From assembly GCA_029856045.1 (NCBI GenBank), contig JAHQWG010000031.1, positions 1 to 29,262 of the forward strand: DNA of 29,262 bases. The letters run 5' to 3'. Within the stretch, counting starts at the first letter, position 1; every line of letters begins with the position of its first letter. Source of the stretch: Promethearchaeia archaeon. GTDB lineage: Archaea > Asgardarchaeota > Lokiarchaeia > Sigyniarchaeales > SOKP01. This document shows positions 9,208 through 18,825 of the stretch, in pieces. The position numbers were made by a program, and so were the translations under genes. The notes beneath the pieces were generated by a model. It saw only the letters and a list, made by a program, of their open reading frames with translations, made no database searches and was not told where the DNA came from.

Positions 9208-9477
9208 TTAGGGTTTTTTAGTTTCAAATTCTATTTTATTACCAGGAAGTCCCCATTCAATCCATAATTCTTTACAATACGGACATACAAGTGCGAGAAA
9301 GTCGCTTCGCATTGCTTCAACTGCTTTATTTACAATTTTTTTACAAAAATTGCAACGAACCTTTTTACCAAGTAATTCTGTAAATTCCTTCTCTTTATTA
9401 TCTTGTATACATAAAGCTACTCTTGCTACTAATTCCGAATAATCCATAACTCCTGCATCAAGATGTTTTATTGTCAT
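9208..9477 (-). CDS. small zinc-ribbon protein (89 aa)
   Basis: Two CxxC pairs (CNFC, CPYC) about 20 aa apart; TATA-like TATATATA just upstream. Confidence 0.65.
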   Translation of the reverse strand: MTIKHLDAGVMDYSELVARVALCIQDNKEKEFTELLGKKVRCNFCKKIVNKAVEAMRSDFLALVCPYCKELWIEWGLPGNKIEFETKKP

Positions 9478-9756
9478 AATTCTAATATTAAATCTTATTA
9501 TATATATAACTATTGGTAATGTATTCTTTTCATTTACTTTATTAGAAATATCTTTTTACTTCCAATTATCCAATAATTAAAGAGTTATTATAATCCTCCG
9601 AAAATCTTTAATTTATTAAGAGATATTTTAAAACTGGGTTCATAAATATAATCTCAATATAAAAAAATGGAATAAATGAAATTACATCCAAAATATAATA
9701 AAAAAATTATAAACTAACAGTTATGTAAAATTGATAGAAAATTTAACTATTATGAA

Positions 9757-10581
9757 TTATATAGGTTTTTTGCCAATGCATAGTAGGTAGCCAACATAAT
9801 CCCTACATTTTCTAAATCCAGATTTTACCCTTCCCACACTTCTTAGTTTTTTTCCTAGAGGACCCCTTGTCATAGTATAATACAGAATCTTAAAGCTTAA
9901 TTTCGTAAATTTCCATTTTCCACCGACCGAACTGACCATTTCTTTAAAATCTTGCTTAGGTTCACACTCTATTGCCGAAATGTCAACTAATCCCGCTTTC
10001 TCAAAAAAAGCTTTCCATTCTTTAGGTGTCAAGATAGGAAAATCAAGAAGAGTAACTTTTTCATAAGTCTCTTCCACTTCCTTTAGCTTTTCATCAACTT
10101 CAGGAGGTCTTTCATTAGATTTAAAAATCTCATTAATACCTACAAACCCGCTTGGTTTTAATACTCTTGCGTATTCTTTAAAGGCCTTATCCTTATCCTT
10201 TATGAATATTGATACGAATTCCGTGATAACTATATCAAATATATTATCATCGAATGGAATGTTTATGGCATCACCATACTGGAACTCAACTTTCTCATCC
10301 AAATTTAAATTCTCGGCACGTTCTTTCGCCCAATTTACCATATTTTCAGCAATATCTACTCCTACTACTTTACACCCATACTTTTTTGCAATATGGAAGG
10401 CTTGATACCCGCTCCCGCAACCTACAATTAAAACAGATTTAGTTTCGTCAACTTTACACATTTCGATTAATTCGTCCGTAGCTTTCAGCCCTCCCCAATT
10501 AAAGAAGGGAATACCGAGATGAGCCATGGCATCGTAATATCCCATCTCTTTTACATTAACTTTTTGCTTCGTCATAATCAT
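9757..10581 (-). CDS. class I SAM-dependent methyltransferase
   Basis: GGLKATDEL, VLIVGCGSG, VVGVDI, GDAINIPFDDNIFD, RVLKPSG. Confidence 0.92.
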   Translation of the reverse strand: MIMTKQKVNVKEMGYYDAMAHLGIPFFNWGGLKATDELIEMCKVDETKSVLIVGCGSGYQAFHIAKKYGCKVVGVDIAENMVNWAKERAENLNLDEKVEFQYGDAINIPFDDNIFDIVITEFVSIFIKDKDKAFKEYARVLKPSGFVGINEIFKSNERPPEVDEKLKEVEETYEKVTLLDFPILTPKEWKAFFEKAGLVDISAIECEPKQDFKEMVSSVGGKWKFTKLSFKILYYTMTRGPLGKKLRSVGRVKSGFRKCRDYVGYLLCIGKKPI

Positions 10582-10611
10582 TTTTTTTATTAAATTATTT
10601 TAAATAAAGAT

Positions 10612-11463
10612 TTATGGTTTTTTTCCCACACACAAAACACACCCTATATATTTTTTAGCTTCTTTATTTCTAAATAATTTTTTTTTTGCTTTGCTTAATA
10701 AACCGATTCTTTTTCTGAGTTTTTTACTTTTCCATGCATATTTTATAATTCGTCCCAGCACTTTCAATAAATATTTGAATCCTCCAATATCTTTTATTAG
10801 CTGTTTCATTGAGATGTTTTTATATGGCAATTCCTCTAATTTTATATCTATTAATGAAGCTTCTTCAAATGCTTTTTTCCAATAAGTGGGAGTATACAAA
10901 GTAAGTGGTAGTTCAGTAGCATCTCGAAGAGAATTTACTCCTTCTTCAATTTTTTCTGCAACAATTTCTGGTATTTCATCAGATTTATACATTTCATTAA
11001 TTCCGAGATATCCACTAGGTTTTATTACTCGTAAAAATTCTTTAAAAGCTTTTTTTAAATCTAAAAATTGGGACACGAACGATGTGATAACCACATCAAA
11101 AGAATTATCCTCAAATTGCAAATTATAAGCATCACCAACTTTAAATTCTACTTGACCTGTAATCTCTTCTTTTTCTGCGTTTTCCTCAGCTTTTAGTATC
11201 ATTCCTTCAGCAATATCAACCCCAACAACATAACAATCAAAGTTTTTTGCCAAATAAATTGAATTCGTTCCTGTTCCACACCCAACTGACAGGACTCTTT
11301 TTCCTTCACTAATTTTACACATTTCAGCTGTTTGATCTAAGGAACTAAATCCCCCAAGATTAAAAAAAGGAGCATTCATATGAGCCATAAAGTCGTAATA
11401 TTCTAGATTTTCAATTTCCTCAATTGTAAGCTTTTCTTTTTCTTCTTTTTTTTCATTTCCCAT
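10612..11463 (-). CDS. class I SAM-dependent methyltransferase (tandem paralogue of 9757..10581)
   Basis: VLSVGCGTG, VVGVDI, GDAYNLQFEDNSFD, RVIKPSG; colinear with neighbour (YYDxMAHxxxPFFNxGG ... CxGKKP). Confidence 0.92.
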   Translation of the reverse strand: MGNEKKEEKEKLTIEEIENLEYYDFMAHMNAPFFNLGGFSSLDQTAEMCKISEGKRVLSVGCGTGTNSIYLAKNFDCYVVGVDIAEGMILKAEENAEKEEITGQVEFKVGDAYNLQFEDNSFDVVITSFVSQFLDLKKAFKEFLRVIKPSGYLGINEMYKSDEIPEIVAEKIEEGVNSLRDATELPLTLYTPTYWKKAFEEASLIDIKLEELPYKNISMKQLIKDIGGFKYLLKVLGRIIKYAWKSKKLRKRIGLLSKAKKKLFRNKEAKKYIGCVLCVGKKP

Positions 11464-11477
11464 TTTTATTCATCCTT

Positions 11478-11562
11478 TTTTCATAAAATTTGAAATTTAA
11501 GAATTTCAATATTATTTAGCTAAATAAAATATAAAAAGGTTTTCATAAAATTTGAATTTTAA
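11478..11562. promoter_or_regulatory. operator array in divergent promoter
   Basis: Exact 17-nt direct repeat TTTTCATAAAATTTGAA at 11478-11494 and 11540-11556 (each contains TTCA-N7-TGAA); inverted repeat TTGAAATT-taag-AATTTCAA 11490-11509; perfect palindrome TTATTTAGCTAAATAA 11512-11527. Confidence 0.6.
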
Positions 11563-11603
11563 AAAAATGTTTTTATATGAAAAAGATTATAATTTAAGTA
11601 GGA

Positions 11604-12173
11604 ATGTCTAGAGAAGAAAAATCGAATCAAGGATATATTTTTGAAGGTAAAATTCGAGAATATGAAATACGCTTGATTGAGTTAATTTCAGAAATGGGTG
11701 AAATTAGAAATCAGACACCAATTTTTTCTCCAATAATTGGATATTTGATATTTCATGGAAGATTAACCCAGAAACAATTAAAGCATTTAACTGGTTTTTC
11801 AATAGGTTCGATATCTACAACATTAAATGCAATGACGAGTGTAGGAGCTACTGAAAAAAAAATGATTAAGGGAACACATACTTTTGAATATTCTTTCGGG
11901 GGAGATCTTTCTCAAATCTTATCCAGAACGTCTTTTTTTAAGTATGAAGTCAATACAAATGCAATAAAATTTGTGCAAGCAAAAATAAACGAATTAAATA
12001 AGAAAGAAAATGAAAATAAAAAAGGCAATAAAGTCCTTTTAAAAAAGATGGTTGATATGATGAACTTTCTAAGTATCCACAAGAAAATACTTGATATGAT
12101 TACAAAATCTGAAATAGTTGAGAAATTAATCAAAACTAATATAAAGGGGGTTGAACGAAATAGCGCAATTTGA
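11604..12173 (+). CDS. GbsR/MarR-type winged-helix transcriptional regulator
   Basis: IIGYLIFHGRLTQKQLKHLTGFSIGSISTTLNAM...HTFEY winged HTH plus C-terminal helices. Confidence 0.8.
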   Translation: MSREEKSNQGYIFEGKIREYEIRLIELISEMGEIRNQTPIFSPIIGYLIFHGRLTQKQLKHLTGFSIGSISTTLNAMTSVGATEKKMIKGTHTFEYSFGGDLSQILSRTSFFKYEVNTNAIKFVQAKINELNKKENENKKGNKVLLKKMVDMMNFLSIHKKILDMITKSEIVEKLIKTNIKGVERNSAI

Positions 12174-12663
12174 TGAAGAAATGATAAAAATTGAGGATGA
12201 AATAATACAATTTCTAATTGACTTTCCTCTATTTATAGGGCAAAAATCTATTTTTTTAACGATTCAAGCGTATTTTATAACTAGAGGAAACCTTACTCAA
12301 AGTGAGCTTAAGGAGTTAACAGGTTTGTCGTCAGGAGCAATATCTCAAGAATTAAGAAAATTAATCGATTTTGGCTTAATCGAGATAACTAAAACAACAA
12401 GTACTGGTAAAAAAATATATTCAATGAAATCAGTAACATCGGCTCTTCTGACGATGTATGTGGAATCTCTCAAAGATGCATCAAAATGGGAAAAAGAACT
12501 TCAAGAAATTAAATTAAAATTGGAGGAGAATAAAGAAGAATTAAAGTTATTAAATGGATATGATATAATTTATCGATGGGTAAACCTCTTTTTACAAGCA
12601 ATGCCACTTACTAAATTAATAATAAATCTTATGGAAGAAGAAAAAGCCGCTTTAGAGAATTAA
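12151..12663 (+). CDS. GbsR/MarR-type winged-helix regulator (paralogue; start uncertain: TTG 12151 or ATG 12181)
   Basis: IQAYFITRGNLTQSELKELTGLSSGAISQELRKLIDFGLI...GKKIYSM. Confidence 0.8.
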   Translation: MNEIAQFDEEMIKIEDEIIQFLIDFPLFIGQKSIFLTIQAYFITRGNLTQSELKELTGLSSGAISQELRKLIDFGLIEITKTTSTGKKIYSMKSVTSALLTMYVESLKDASKWEKELQEIKLKLEENKEELKLLNGYDIIYRWVNLFLQAMPLTKLIINLMEEEKAALEN

Positions 12664-12693
12664 AAAAACTAATAGTCGAAAATTTTAAATTAT

Positions 12694-13875
12694 TTATTCA
12701 ATAGAGTCCATTGGAGGGAGTGGAGGCACAATATGATCTTTCCATTCAGTAATTACAGGAAATTCCCACCAATGTGCAGGAATTTCGGAATATACACTAT
12801 ATTTTTTAAGTCCCCGTTCAAATGCCCTAGTGTTTTTTCTCGAGGTTTTAATCACATCTGGTTGAGGGTAGAAATAAGCTCCAAATCCACCTTCCTTAGT
12901 ACCAAGATTCCTAACCATATGCCACACTTCTCGCTCACATTCTTCTGGTGTTCCTTGCGAATATATTGATTGTATATTCACACACCCCCATATCATAATT
13001 TTACCTCGATAAGGTTTTAAGTCAGGATAACCACTCATTCTTGGACTGTCAAGTTCAATTGCATCCAAACCCCATTCAACTAAAGATGGTATTAATCGAT
13101 CTATTTTACCACAGCAATGAATATGGTACTCACATCCCAAGTTATGTGCCTCATCAAAAAGAGTACGATAAAATGGTTCGTAGAATTTGTTAAAAAGTTT
13201 TGGACTAAAGAAAGGACCTAACTGCTCACCCAAATCATCACTTAACCAAAAGCCATGAGGTTCTAATCCATATTTAAAACTCATTTTCATAACTTTCAAA
13301 TGATATTCTGTTAAGTATTCCAGTAATTTTTTTAATTCTTGGGGATGTTTTTGATGATCCATCAAATAATTAGTAAAACCTCTAATTTTAGAAGCTAATT
13401 CAGAAAGCCCAAAAGTATTAATAAACATTCTGTATTTATCGTTGTCAAAAGATTTTTTCAGGGTATGAGCAAATAAATATCGACTTTTTTCATCAGGATC
13501 GGGATAATATTTTGAAATATATTCTTCATAATTATTCCAATTAGTTAATACTGCTCTTCCTGGGTGGCCCATATTATCTCCGCGCCCTGACATGTTCCAA
13601 ATGCAGCCCCATTCATCTATATCCTCCCGGGGCAGATGACGCCATTTATTTCCTTCATATTTGGGGTTTTCTTTTACCCATTCTGGTTTATCCCATTTAA
13701 ATTCTACTCCCGCATGTGGAAATAATCCCTCTTCATTTTTATCCCACCCTGGTCGCCATTTTTTTGATGGAATCATTAGCAAGGGTAAAATATCTCCTTT
13801 AACACCATTAAAAATAGGTGCTCGATCAGGATTTTTAAAGTAGATCGCTGCCTTAACACGCTCAATCGAATTCAT
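12694..13875 (-). CDS. uroporphyrinogen decarboxylase-family protein (MtaA/CmuA-like corrinoid methyltransferase fold)
   Basis: MNSIERV...PDRAP, DEWGCIW, RGFTNYLMD, SDDLGEQLGPFFSP, HIHCCG, WGCVNIQ, GTPEEC. Confidence 0.85.
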   Translation of the reverse strand: MNSIERVKAAIYFKNPDRAPIFNGVKGDILPLLMIPSKKWRPGWDKNEEGLFPHAGVEFKWDKPEWVKENPKYEGNKWRHLPREDIDEWGCIWNMSGRGDNMGHPGRAVLTNWNNYEEYISKYYPDPDEKSRYLFAHTLKKSFDNDKYRMFINTFGLSELASKIRGFTNYLMDHQKHPQELKKLLEYLTEYHLKVMKMSFKYGLEPHGFWLSDDLGEQLGPFFSPKLFNKFYEPFYRTLFDEAHNLGCEYHIHCCGKIDRLIPSLVEWGLDAIELDSPRMSGYPDLKPYRGKIMIWGCVNIQSIYSQGTPEECEREVWHMVRNLGTKEGGFGAYFYPQPDVIKTSRKNTRAFERGLKKYSVYSEIPAHWWEFPVITEWKDHIVPPLPPMDSIE

Positions 13876-14024
13876 TATGTCACATTTTAATATCTTTTTT
13901 TTTATTTAAATTTCATATACTTTTATTCGTTAGACATTAGTATTAATTTAAGAAAAAATATTTTTACTGATGAAATTGTTTAATATATAAAAACTCAAAT
14001 CTCAAATTAACTGAATGTGGAATC

Positions 14025-15986
14025 ATGAGACAAAATAAATATCCAATTCAAACCATATCTTTTACTAAAGTCCAAATTATAGATAAATTCTGGGCGCCTA
14101 GAATTGAGACCAATCGTAAGGTAACAATTCCTCTTGCATTTAAGAAATGTGAAGAAACTGGTCGCATTAAGAATTTTTCAAAAGCAGCTGGATTAATTGA
14201 TGATGATATAGTGCCCTTCTTTCCCTTTGATGATTCTGATGTATATAAAATCATTGAAGGTGCAGCTTATTCATTAAAAATGAGACCAGATTCCGAGCTT
14301 GAAAAATATGTTGATGATATAATTGAAAAAATTGCAGCGGCACAAGAAAAAGATGGGTATCTTTATACAACTCGAACAATTAATCCTATAAAGCCCCATT
14401 ATTTGGCGGGAAAAAAGCGTTGGGAGTGGGTTTCACTTCAAAGTCACGAATTATATAATTTAGGTCATCTTATAGAGAGCGCTGTTGCGTATCATAAAGC
14501 GACAGGTAAGCGTAATTTATTAGATGTTGCTATCAAAAGTGCTGATCTAATAGGAAAAGTTTTTGGACAAGGTAAAAATGAAAGCGCACCTGGGCATCAA
14601 GAAATTGAGATGGCATTAGTAAGCCTATATCATGTGACCGAAAATGAAAAATACTTGAAATTAGCGAAATTTTTTCTGGATATTCGTGGTTCTAAAGATG
14701 CAGCTGGTTATGATGATTATGTAAAATTAGCAAAATCTCAATTTGTTAAATGGGGAGATAAATACCTTCAATATAATCAAACTCATAAAAAAGTAATAGA
14801 ACAGGATGAGGCAGTTGGACACGCGGTTCGTGCGACATATATGTATTCTGGGATGGTAGATATTGCAGCACTAACAAGTAATAAAAATTATATTGAAGCT
14901 ATTGATCGTATTTGGGAGAATGTTGTCTCTAAAAAGATTTACATAACAGGTGGTATTGGGGCTAAAGCTCACGGTGAAGCATTTGACCGAAATTACAAAT
15001 TACCAAATTTGAAAGCTTATAATGAAACTTGCGCTGCAATTGGAAATATTTTCTGGAATCATCGTCTTTTCTTATTACACGGGGATTCTAAATACATAGA
15101 TGTTATGGAACGAACGCTTTATAACGGTTTTCTTTCAGGAATCTCTTTAGATGGGAAAAAATTTTTCTATTCTAATCCGCTTGCTTCAAGTGGTTATCAC
15201 GAAAGAAGTGAATGGTTTAAGTGTGCTTGTTGCCCTTCAAATATAGTGCGTTTCATCGCCTCAATTCCTGGTTATGTATATGCACAACATGATGATACAT
15301 TATATATTAATCTTTTTGTTAGTAATACTACCACAATTTCTCTTGCCGAAAATATTGTATCAATTACTCAAGATACGGAATATCCCTGGGATGGGTTAGT
15401 TAAAATGACGATTAATCTTCAAAAAGAGACAGATTTTAATATAGCAGTTCGAATACCAGGTTGGACGCAGAACAAACCAGTGCCTAGTAATTTATATCGT
15501 TATTTAAAAAAAAGTGATGTACAAGTGAGCCTTAAAGTTAATGGCAAACCATTTGAAATTATTTGTGAAAAAGGTTATACCCACATTTCACGTACGTGGA
15601 AGGATGGGGATATAATTGAATTGGACTTTCCTATGACCATTAGGCGTGTATCGGTACATGAAAAAGTTAAAGAAGATAATGGAAAAGTTGCCTTTGAACG
15701 CGGTCCGATCGTCTATTGTGTTGAATGGGTAGATAATAAGGCAAAATATTTACGAAATTTGTTTATTGATGATGATCTCGAACTTGCATCTGAATATCGT
15801 GAAGATATGCTTAATGGGATTGTTATTATTACAGGTACTGCTCATTATCTTAAACATACTAAAGATAGGAAAGAAATTATGAAAAATAAACAAAATTTTC
15901 TTTCAATACCTTATTATGCTTGGGCACATCGCGGAAAGGGTGAAATGATAGTGTGGATGCTACGTGATTTAAAGGGTTTTAAATAA
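14025..15986 (+). CDS. GH127 beta-L-arabinofuranosidase-like glycoside hydrolase
   Basis: DSDVYKIIE, HELYNLGH, GHQEIE, GHAVRA, YNETCA, WFKCACCPSN (Zn/Cys catalytic site), IPYYAWAHRG. Confidence 0.93.
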   Translation: MRQNKYPIQTISFTKVQIIDKFWAPRIETNRKVTIPLAFKKCEETGRIKNFSKAAGLIDDDIVPFFPFDDSDVYKIIEGAAYSLKMRPDSELEKYVDDIIEKIAAAQEKDGYLYTTRTINPIKPHYLAGKKRWEWVSLQSHELYNLGHLIESAVAYHKATGKRNLLDVAIKSADLIGKVFGQGKNESAPGHQEIEMALVSLYHVTENEKYLKLAKFFLDIRGSKDAAGYDDYVKLAKSQFVKWGDKYLQYNQTHKKVIEQDEAVGHAVRATYMYSGMVDIAALTSNKNYIEAIDRIWENVVSKKIYITGGIGAKAHGEAFDRNYKLPNLKAYNETCAAIGNIFWNHRLFLLHGDSKYIDVMERTLYNGFLSGISLDGKKFFYSNPLASSGYHERSEWFKCACCPSNIVRFIASIPGYVYAQHDDTLYINLFVSNTTTISLAENIVSITQDTEYPWDGLVKMTINLQKETDFNIAVRIPGWTQNKPVPSNLYRYLKKSDVQVSLKVNGKPFEIICEKGYTHISRTWKDGDIIELDFPMTIRRVSVHEKVKEDNGKVAFERGPIVYCVEWVDNKAKYLRNLFIDDDLELASEYREDMLNGIVIITGTAHYLKHTKDRKEIMKNKQNFLSIPYYAWAHRGKGEMIVWMLRDLKGFK

Positions 15987-16021
15987 ATAATTTAAAAGAT
16001 AAGGTTGATATTAAGAAATAC

Positions 16022-17404
16022 TTAAAATTGAGGGAGCCACTTAGCTTCAGCTTCAAACATTTCATCGACCATTATTCGAATTTCTTCTGGGGAACACACA
16101 CTAGCAGTATTTGGGTCAAGTAGCACAGCTTGATAAATTTTTTCCCGGTCTAGTTCGAGAGCTCCCTCGACTGCGGCTTTTTGTACCATAATATTTGAGA
16201 TACATAGTGCTTGACAGATGGTTGGTAAGGTAATTCCGCCTTGTGGATGTATTCCATGACTATCCGCAAAAACCGGTACTTCCACACAACATTCCTTAGG
16301 AAGGTTAGTAATTAAACCCATCTCTTTATTTATAACATTTCCATTAAATCGAAATGGTTTGTTTGTTTCCATAGCATTAATAATGTGTGAAGCGTATTCT
16401 CCTGATGGTTTTTCTTTGTATGGAAGTTTTTTGCGTTTGAGTTTTCTCTGGAAATTTTTATCTATTTTTCCTTGAAATATAATTTGCTGGTTATAATCTG
16501 AAGCCTGCTCTAAGTTAGAAAGCCAGTGCAGGTTGCTTTTAAATTTCTCCAAAAGTTCAGTTCGTTTTCGATAATACGGAAGATATTCACTCAGATGCCC
16601 TGAGGATTCTGTCATAAAATATCCACCTGTTGCCTTCATCATATCATAACGCACTTTATCTAATTCGATTAAATTGGGGTTATCTTGAATAGCTTTCATA
16701 ATTAATGGGTAAGCATTTTGCCACGTTGAATTGGACTTATTTGAGTCTTTATACCAAACCTCGAGAAACCAAGCCATATGGTTAATCCCTGCGCATAAGA
16801 AACTGAATTCTTCCGGTTTTACTCCGATACAACCACGTAAAATTGCAGCTGTAGCTTGAACACCATGACAAAGACCAACCGTAGAATCTGGAACGAGTGA
16901 ATTACAATACCATGTATTCATAGCCATTGGATTAGTATAATTGAGTAACAACGGTTTTATTCCATTATTTCCTACATTATATCCAATTTCTTGAATATCT
17001 TCTAAAAGTGATTTAAAAAATGGTGTTGTTCGGAGGAAACGAAAGATTCCTCCTGGTCCCAATGTATCACCAACAGTTTGGGACACGCCATATTTAAAGG
17101 GTATTTCAACATCTAATTTAAAAGCCTCAAGCCCACCTATATGGACTGTATTGATAATATACTTCGCATCCTCAATTGCTTTCTTCTGATTTGTAGTTTT
17201 CTCGAAAGTAATTCTCTCTAGCTCTTGAGAATAATTATCCTTATATTTTTGCATGTAATTAAACATTAAGTCTAAACGATGAGAATCTAAATCTTCGAGA
17301 CAAATTATAGTATCCTTCTGAAGCGCAGGAAATGTAGTAATATCAGTGAGTAAATTTTGCCCAAATACTAAAGATCCAGCACCAATAAATGCTATTTTTA
17401 ACAT
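16022..17404 (-). CDS. melA: GH4 NAD+/Mn-dependent alpha-galactosidase (MelA-like); start re-assigned to ATG 17404
   Basis: KIAFIGAGS Rossmann motif directly after Met28 of the ORF track; QTVGDTLGPGG, NYTNPMA, GLCHGV, GINHMAW, TESSGHLSEYLPYY, DPNTA. Confidence 0.88.
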   Translation of the reverse strand: MLKIAFIGAGSLVFGQNLLTDITTFPALQKDTIICLEDLDSHRLDLMFNYMQKYKDNYSQELERITFEKTTNQKKAIEDAKYIINTVHIGGLEAFKLDVEIPFKYGVSQTVGDTLGPGGIFRFLRTTPFFKSLLEDIQEIGYNVGNNGIKPLLLNYTNPMAMNTWYCNSLVPDSTVGLCHGVQATAAILRGCIGVKPEEFSFLCAGINHMAWFLEVWYKDSNKSNSTWQNAYPLIMKAIQDNPNLIELDKVRYDMMKATGGYFMTESSGHLSEYLPYYRKRTELLEKFKSNLHWLSNLEQASDYNQQIIFQGKIDKNFQRKLKRKKLPYKEKPSGEYASHIINAMETNKPFRFNGNVINKEMGLITNLPKECCVEVPVFADSHGIHPQGGITLPTICQALCISNIMVQKAAVEGALELDREKIYQAVLLDPNTASVCSPEEIRIMVDEMFEAEAKWLPQF

Positions 17405-17432
17405 AATCAGTGGATTGAATTTTTTCTGATTC

Positions 17433-18509
17433 TTAATATTTTCCATATTTTTGTGCTGCAGCCATAAAAGTTTTGATATTTTCAAGTGGAATTTCCTTAA
17501 AAATAACTGTACTGGGGCCTAATACAAAATGTCTGTTTTCCTTTAGTGCTTCCATTAATTCTTTAACATGAGCATCAACTTGGTCAGTTGTACCGAATGG
17601 AAGAACATCACTGACATCTCCAAAGCCAATTACTACAAAATCAGGAAAATGCTCATTTATATAAAAAGGATCACAGCCACCTTCCCAACCTTGTAAACCT
17701 TGAAAACCAGCTCTCTGAAAAGAAGATATCATTTCTGTTGCATTACCGTCTGTATGAGCTTGAGGAATCATTCCAGCATCTGTGATTATTGAATTAATTT
17801 CTTTATAATGAGGTAAAAAATCCTGATTCCAATGCTCAGATGAAATCATTGTTCGACCCTTGTATGCGATATCATCTAAAAGATTTAAGATCTTTCCTCT
17901 TCCATCCGTTGCCTCGATTAAACCTTCAATATTTAATCTCGCTATTTCTGCATAGAATTTTATCAATTCTCTGTAGAGTTTTGTTTTTTTTCGGAAATGA
18001 TGGCTAAATACAGACATCCCCATGCTCCTCCATACTTTATCAAAAATACCATCAATTATCAATACTGGAAATATAGAAGGATATAACTTTTCATATCGTG
18101 TGATCATATCTCTAATTTGCTTGCTTCTATCAATTTGCTTTAAATTTGCTCGAAGCCTATCCAAAATCTCCAATGAATGTATATATCCTCCTTGATAATA
18201 AGAAGAATCACTAAATACAGCTTCTCCGTTTGCATTAATCCTAACTTTATTGCCTTTACTATCTTCTATCGTAATTGATTTGATTTTAACACTTGAAGGA
18301 AATGGCGCAAAAATTGCATCAAATCCTAAAATAAACGGAATATCAAAATATAGATTATTAAATAATTGCCCTTTATAGTTTTCTAACAATATATTTTTAT
18401 GTTGGATAATAAACTCATTTCTTATGTATTGTACAAGGGTGGGAACGCGATCTAATTTTTTTCTTTTATCATCATTATAAACAGCAAGATATCGCTCACT
18501 GGCATTCAT
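17433..18509 (-). CDS. uroporphyrinogen decarboxylase-family protein; probably co-transcribed with the GH4 gene
   Basis: MNASERY...DRVP, DDIAYKGRTMIS, HTDGN, FGDVSDVLPFGT, FVLGPS. 28-nt gap to the GH4 start. Alternative start at 18527. Confidence 0.82.
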   Translation of the reverse strand: MNASERYLAVYNDDKRKKLDRVPTLVQYIRNEFIIQHKNILLENYKGQLFNNLYFDIPFILGFDAIFAPFPSSVKIKSITIEDSKGNKVRINANGEAVFSDSSYYQGGYIHSLEILDRLRANLKQIDRSKQIRDMITRYEKLYPSIFPVLIIDGIFDKVWRSMGMSVFSHHFRKKTKLYRELIKFYAEIARLNIEGLIEATDGRGKILNLLDDIAYKGRTMISSEHWNQDFLPHYKEINSIITDAGMIPQAHTDGNATEMISSFQRAGFQGLQGWEGGCDPFYINEHFPDFVVIGFGDVSDVLPFGTTDQVDAHVKELMEALKENRHFVLGPSTVIFKEIPLENIKTFMAAAQKYGKY

Positions 18510-18825
18510 GATATTTCCCCATTTCATAATTAGTTTTCTACTTGTATTTCTAAATTATTAATAATAAAAAGATGAGAGCAATTACTAAATATATAATTAA
18601 TATAATATCCTCTAAATTTAGAACTTATTTTAATATTATTTAATTCTTCCATAGAAAATTGATAATTAGATATTAATTTAATAAGATAAATATCATTTTT
18701 TAAAAATATCAATCTAAAAAAAAAGTAGATGTTAGACGACTTTCCACTTTAATAAAATAAAATATAAATAAATAGAATTTAATTTTATTTATTTTATTGA
18801 AAACATATTTAAGTGATTTCTAATT

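Noticed and set aside
17405-17485. N-terminal extension of GH4 overlapping the upstream URO-D gene
   Set aside because: GH4 enzymes begin right at the KIAxIGAGS motif, and ATG 17404 removes the overlap.
12694-18527. Calling the two URO-D-family genes hemE
   Set aside because: No RQAGR motif and no tetrapyrrole pathway context.
18530-18712. 60-aa ORF in an AT-rich divergent spacer
   Set aside because: Extremely AT-rich, low-complexity composition with a non-ATG start; more likely promoter DNA.
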